64,000 bases of DNA, from contig JBEKYR010000027.1 of assembly GCA_049510745.1 (NCBI GenBank), forward strand, positions 1-64,000, written 5' to 3'. The notes under the pieces were generated by a model. The model was not told the DNA's origin and searched no databases. It saw nothing but the letters and a program-made list of their open reading frames with translations. This DNA comes from Verrucomicrobiota bacterium (GTDB lineage: Bacteria; Verrucomicrobiota; Verrucomicrobiia; Limisphaerales; Palsa-1400). This document shows positions 59,209 to 64,000 of the stretch, piece after piece. Positions within the stretch are counted from its first letter, which is position 1, and each line of letters opens with the position of its first letter. The position numbers and the translations under genes were made by a program.

Positions 59209-61353
59209 ATGAAACTTTTGTCCTTTCCACTTGGAGTCATGTTGCTCTTATCCGTGCTGCCGGCTTTCGCCTCGGATGACATGCTGATCTATTCGGACCG
59301 GTTTAACAACGGCTGGGGCGACAACTGGTCCTGGATGCCGCGTTACCCCACGAATAATCCGGTGTATGCCGGCAGCAACTCGATGGCGTGTGTTCCCAGC
59401 GGCACCTGGCAAGCCTGGTGGCTGAAGAGCGACACCAGCGTCGATACGACCATTTACACGAATGTGAGCTTTTGGCTTGATGGCGGGACGACCGGCGGAC
59501 AAACTGTCCTGGTCAGCGGCGAGACGAACGGAACGGGATTGCCGAGGATTTGGGTGACCGCGCCGACGAACCAGTGGCAGCAAGTCACATTGTCCCTCGC
59601 AGCGCTGGGCATCGACAACGTGACCAACCTGACCGGGTTTCAGATCGGAAACGGAACCTCTACCCAACCGTTTTTCATAGATGATTTGCGGTTGGTTGCC
59701 GCGCCCGCACCCGCAGGGGTTCACGTGGGTATTCTTGCCAGCCAAACCGTGCGGAAGGTGGACGGCAAGGTCTTCGGGATCAATCAGGTCGGTTGGGACG
59801 GCGACGTGGAGACGCCCGCCTCGATTACACTCCTGAATGGCATGGGGAATCCCTGTCTGCGCTGGCCGGGCGGAAGCTGGGGCGACGGTTATCACTGGAC
59901 CAATGAGGCTTGGAGCGCCGGGGCCACCAGCGCACGGAACTGGGGATCGTTCTCCCCCAACTTTATCTGGCTTGCCACCAACGCCCGGGCGCAAGCTTTT
60001 ATCATTGTGAACTACGGCACCAGCGATGCGGACGAGGCGGCGTATGGCGTGCGGATGTTTAATGTTACCAATCATTGCAACTTCAAATACTGGGAAGTTG
60101 GAAACGAAGTCGGCGGCAGTTGGGAATGGGATTGGAACACCAATCCGCCGTGGCAGCCCCATGATCCTTGGACCTACGCGATGCGTTTTACCAATTACTA
60201 CGCGCAAATGAAGGCCGCCGATCCAACCATCAAGATTGGCGCGGTGGCCGATATTACCGAGGACGGCACTTCAAATTACACCAATCATCCCGTGGTCAAC
60301 CCGCGCACTGGCATCACCCATAACGGCTGGACGCCAGTGATGCTCACCTATATGCGCAGTAACAATTGCATTCCGGACTTCCTGATCGAGCACAATTATG
60401 GTCCAACGGCGGGGGACACCCAGGACCTGCTTTACTCCAAGAAGTGGGCTTCCGATGCGGCTTCCTTGCGCCAGATGCTGACGGATTACCTGGGCAGCGC
60501 CAGCACCAATGTAACACTGGAGGCCACCGAGAACGGCACGGGGGGCGACAAGCAGTGCGTGAGTCTGACGGGTGGCCTCTTTTACGCCGATACCATCGGG
60601 CAGATCCTGCAGACCGAGTTCAACTCGCGCCTCTGGTGGGATTTTCGCAATGGCGCCTCGACCCTTACCGATCCCGACCCGGCGTTCTACGGCTGGCGCA
60701 CCAATAGCGGCGGCAGCTTTCTGGTTGACGGAGGCATTGTGTATGGTTCTGGCGGGGTAGGCGGGTCGGGCTACGTCTATCCGACTTATTATGTGGCCAA
60801 GCTGATGCCCCATTTCGCCGCAGACGGTGACACCGTGGTTTCTGCCACCAGCGATTACCCGCTGCTGGGCGTGTATTCGGTCAAGCGGACGAATGGCACG
60901 CTGACCCTGCTGGTGATTAACAAGAGTTCTTCGTCCCATCTCACCGCCACCATCAATCTGTCCGGGTATCTTCCCTATACCAATGCCACTGTTTACAGCT
61001 ATGGCATTCCGCAGGACACGGCGGCCCGGACGGGTGTGGGTTCGCCCGACTCTGCCCAGACCAACCTCACCGGCGTTCAAAACGGCTTTTCCGTCACCTT
61101 CGCTCCGTTCTCCGCCTCAGTGATGGTTCTGAGTGCGGCGCCTCCTCCGTCGCTGGCTGTGCTGCCAGCTCCTCCGGGGAAGTTCGGTTTTCAGCTCCGG
61201 GGACAATCGGGCGGCAGCTACGTCCTGCAATGCAGCGCAGACATGGCAAGTTGGACGAACCAGTTTACCAATACGCTTTCGGGCTCAACGGCAAACTTCA
61301 CCAATTCCATCTCCGGGCCGAAGCAGTTCTGGCGCGCCCTGTGGCAGCCGTGA
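59209..61353 (+). CDS. Secreted clan-A glycoside hydrolase (GH51/GH44-like) with N-terminal CBM-like and C-terminal FWRA domain
   Basis: LRWPGGSWGDGYHW, YWEVGNE, MKAADPTIKIG, ATE; exact family uncertain. Confidence 0.75.
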   Translation: MKLLSFPLGVMLLLSVLPAFASDDMLIYSDRFNNGWGDNWSWMPRYPTNNPVYAGSNSMACVPSGTWQAWWLKSDTSVDTTIYTNVSFWLDGGTTGGQTVLVSGETNGTGLPRIWVTAPTNQWQQVTLSLAALGIDNVTNLTGFQIGNGTSTQPFFIDDLRLVAAPAPAGVHVGILASQTVRKVDGKVFGINQVGWDGDVETPASITLLNGMGNPCLRWPGGSWGDGYHWTNEAWSAGATSARNWGSFSPNFIWLATNARAQAFIIVNYGTSDADEAAYGVRMFNVTNHCNFKYWEVGNEVGGSWEWDWNTNPPWQPHDPWTYAMRFTNYYAQMKAADPTIKIGAVADITEDGTSNYTNHPVVNPRTGITHNGWTPVMLTYMRSNNCIPDFLIEHNYGPTAGDTQDLLYSKKWASDAASLRQMLTDYLGSASTNVTLEATENGTGGDKQCVSLTGGLFYADTIGQILQTEFNSRLWWDFRNGASTLTDPDPAFYGWRTNSGGSFLVDGGIVYGSGGVGGSGYVYPTYYVAKLMPHFAADGDTVVSATSDYPLLGVYSVKRTNGTLTLLVINKSSSSHLTATINLSGYLPYTNATVYSYGIPQDTAARTGVGSPDSAQTNLTGVQNGFSVTFAPFSASVMVLSAAPPPSLAVLPAPPGKFGFQLRGQSGGSYVLQCSADMASWTNQFTNTLSGSTANFTNSISGPKQFWRALWQP

Positions 61354-61388
61354 GTAGCTGAATCCAGACTGACTTCAATCGAGAAAGA

Positions 61389-63719
61389 ATGACAATGGAT
61401 CGAACCCTATTGACCACATTGGCACTGGGCTATTCGCTCGCGACCATCAGCGTCGCCGCGCCAGATCAGATTTCATATTCCACGATGCAGGTGATTTCCA
61501 AGGGTGATTCCGACGCCGTCATCGCTGAAAAAGCGGCGAAGGTTTTGCCGCGCGCCAATCAGACGGACTGGATGCGGCTGGAGCGGACGTTTTTCCTCCA
61601 CTTCGGCGTGAACACTTTCAATGGCGTCGAGTGGGGCAGCGGTCGTGAAGAACCTTCGATTTTCAATCCGACGGAACTGGACGCCAACCAATGGCTGAAC
61701 GCGATGCAAAATTTCGGCGGCAAAATGATCGTGCTCGTCAGCAAGCACCACGATGGATTCTGCCTGTGGCCGACTCGCTACACGCCGCATTCGGTCGCGG
61801 CCAGTCCGTGGCGGGACGGCAAGGGCGACGTGGTGCGGGAAGTGGCCAATGCCGCCCGCGCCCACGGCCTCAAGCTGGCCGTTTACCTTTCGCCTGCCGA
61901 TCTTTACCAGTTGAGAACCAATCCGAAAAATCCAGGCGGTTATTACGGCAACGGCAGCAGCAATGTTTTCTCGGTCATTCCCACCGATCCGGCCAGCCTC
62001 AAGACGAATCCGGCTTTGGGCCGCACGCCGCCGGCGGGTTTTACGAATTATACCTACATGGTGGACGACTACAATCGGTATTTTCTGAACCAGCTTTACG
62101 AATTGCTGACCGAATACGGGCCGGTTGAGGAAGTCTGGTTCGACGGCGCCAACCCGGATCCCAGTGTCAAGGAGACTTACAACTACGCGGCGTGGTATGA
62201 TTTGATCCGCCACCTGCAACCCGGAGCAGTCATTTTTGGCAAAGGGCCGGACGTGCGGTGGGTGGGCAATGAAGGTGGCGTTGGCCGCACCACGGAATGG
62301 AGTGTCATTCCGCTGCCGCAGTCGCCCGACACCTTCATTTGGCCGGACATGACGTCTTGGGACCTCGGCAGTCGCGCCAAACTCACGCCCGATTCGTATC
62401 TCTGGTGGTATCCGGCGGAAGTGAATGTCACCATTCTCGCCAACGGGCAATGGTTTTGGTCGCCCAACAAACACCCCAGGAGCCTGTCGCAATTGGTTGA
62501 CATTTACTATTCTTCCGCAGGGCGCAACGGGAATTTGATTTTGAACCTTTCTCCCGACACGCGCGGTCTGATTCCGGACGATCAAGTCGAGGCATTAAGC
62601 CGGATGGCGCAGGCGGTCAACGAAACTTTCGCAACCGACCTCGCCGCTGGCGGCAAACTCACTGCCGACAACTCCAACGCCGCCAACAGCCCGTCGCTGG
62701 CGCTGGATGGGAACCTCGACACCTGGTGGGAAGCCGCGCCGGGGCACACTAACGGCGCATTGACCTTGACGCTGCCGGCTGCCGTCACCTTTGATGTCAT
62801 CTCGTTGCAGGAAGCGGTGGATCACCGCGGTCAAAGAATTGAATCTTTTGCCATTGAAACGTGGAACGGCTCGGCGTGGGTTGCGGCGGAAAAGATCGCG
62901 TCGGACGAACTTAAGACCGTCGGGCATCGCCGACTCATTCGGTTGAAGTCGCCGGTGACCACCAGCCGGGTGCGCCTCCGCATCACCGGTTCACGCATGG
63001 AGCCGACGCTGGCGGAAATCGGACTCTTCAAACAATCCATTTCCGCGTTGCCTCCGACCATTTCAGATCGTGAGATCAAGGGTCTGGTGGCCATCAGCAA
63101 CACCGGCGGTTGCAAAATGGTTTACACGGTTGATGGAACCGCACCGATGACCAACTCGGCTGTTTACAATTCGCCGATAGTCGTGCCGTCGGGCAGCACC
63201 GTGCGAGCTGCCTGCCTGATGCCAAACGGCCAGATCGGCATCGTGGCTTCAAAACCCTTCGTCGGTTTGTCGCCAACCGGCTGGAAAGTCGTCGGCGTGG
63301 ATAGCCAGGAAACTGCCGGGGCCGACAACGCCGCCGCCAACGCGATTGACGGCAACTCGGCCACCTTCTGGCATACCTCTTGGAACAGCGATCTGGCGTT
63401 GCCGCACTATCTGGCTGTTGACATGGGTAGTTCGCACCGGATTGCCGGGTTCACATATCTGCCGCGGCAAGACGGAAACCCAAACGGCGTCGTCGAACGT
63501 TACCGCTTTGAAACGAGTGTGGACGGACGCAACTGGACGACCAATGTTGCATCGGGCACGTTCGCCAACATTCGGAACAACCCGTCTCTTCAGGAAGTCA
63601 CGTTTGCTCCCGTCAAGGCCCGGTTTTTCCGCTTCACGGCTTTGCGGGAGATCAATGCGAAGGGCTGGACGAGTGCTGCTGAAATTTCCGTCCTGCCCGC
63701 CGGCGGGAGTGGTGACTGA
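61389..63719 (+). CDS. GH29 alpha-L-fucosidase with F5/8 type C (CBM32) domains
   Basis: FLHFGVNTF, KHHDGFCLWPT, VYLSP, EVWFDGA, VRWVGNE, GRNGNLILN; AIDGN..TFWH. Confidence 0.92.
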   Translation: MTMDRTLLTTLALGYSLATISVAAPDQISYSTMQVISKGDSDAVIAEKAAKVLPRANQTDWMRLERTFFLHFGVNTFNGVEWGSGREEPSIFNPTELDANQWLNAMQNFGGKMIVLVSKHHDGFCLWPTRYTPHSVAASPWRDGKGDVVREVANAARAHGLKLAVYLSPADLYQLRTNPKNPGGYYGNGSSNVFSVIPTDPASLKTNPALGRTPPAGFTNYTYMVDDYNRYFLNQLYELLTEYGPVEEVWFDGANPDPSVKETYNYAAWYDLIRHLQPGAVIFGKGPDVRWVGNEGGVGRTTEWSVIPLPQSPDTFIWPDMTSWDLGSRAKLTPDSYLWWYPAEVNVTILANGQWFWSPNKHPRSLSQLVDIYYSSAGRNGNLILNLSPDTRGLIPDDQVEALSRMAQAVNETFATDLAAGGKLTADNSNAANSPSLALDGNLDTWWEAAPGHTNGALTLTLPAAVTFDVISLQEAVDHRGQRIESFAIETWNGSAWVAAEKIASDELKTVGHRRLIRLKSPVTTSRVRLRITGSRMEPTLAEIGLFKQSISALPPTISDREIKGLVAISNTGGCKMVYTVDGTAPMTNSAVYNSPIVVPSGSTVRAACLMPNGQIGIVASKPFVGLSPTGWKVVGVDSQETAGADNAAANAIDGNSATFWHTSWNSDLALPHYLAVDMGSSHRIAGFTYLPRQDGNPNGVVERYRFETSVDGRNWTTNVASGTFANIRNNPSLQEVTFAPVKARFFRFTALREINAKGWTSAAEISVLPAGGSGD

Positions 63720-63770
63720 CGGTGTGATTTCGCATTTAACTGGAAACAACAACCACCTGAGAATATCGGC

Positions 63771-64000
63771 ATGAAACGTTTTCTTAGCACCGTGTTTGTT
63801 TGCGCCGTCTGTTTCTCGGTGGTGCGAACCTTTGCCCCCCATCGCCGTGCCGGGCGTCAAAAAAGATCCCAACGGCGTGACGTTCACGATGTCGCCGGGA
63901 AAAATGAAGCTGGCGGTTTGTTCCGACAGCATTGTGCGCGTCATGTATGCACCTCACATCTCGAAAAATCAACTCCTCCGATGGGCTTGCGAAGTTTTCG
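63771..64000 (+). pseudogene. Frameshifted 5' end of a probable GH31-type secreted glycosidase (partial at window edge)
   Basis: Signal MKRFLSTVFVCAVCFSVVRTFA is in one frame; IAVPGVKKDPNGVTFTMSPGKMKLAVCSDSIVRVMYAP is in the +1 frame after the C6 run at 63835-63840. Confidence 0.55.

Overview
High-GC chromosomal window, most likely from a Verrucomicrobiota (Pedosphaera/subdivision-3-like) bacterium. This is inferred from H-X9-DG prepilin-like genes, propeller/Y_Y_Y sensor kinases and large LamG/Ig secreted proteins. Housekeeping genes (scpA-scpB-pheA, glmS, glutaredoxin, a paaK cluster) alternate with two AT-richer defence-like inserts. The first is a DUF5343 plus Swt1-like HEPN gene pair. 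The second is a decayed island that starts with a Tn7-like end 26 nt after the glmS stop and holds an ApeA-like HEPN gene, an hsdR remnant and an addiction-module/ParE toxin-antitoxin pair. The right half holds carbohydrate-foraging modules: a large secreted LamG/Ig protein, a NarL-type regulator, a sensor kinase and divergent glycoside hydrolases (GH31, GH2, a GH51/GH44-like enzyme, GH29), plus a CE15-like esterase. Each module carries its own repeated operator-like motif, and four secreted proteins share a C-terminal domain resembling a sorting signal. A 48-bp tRNA-Arg(TCT) 3' fragment at 45063-45110 beside an IS remnant probably marks the boundary of a genomic island that continues past the window end. 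All family calls come from motif recognition by eye; no searches were run.
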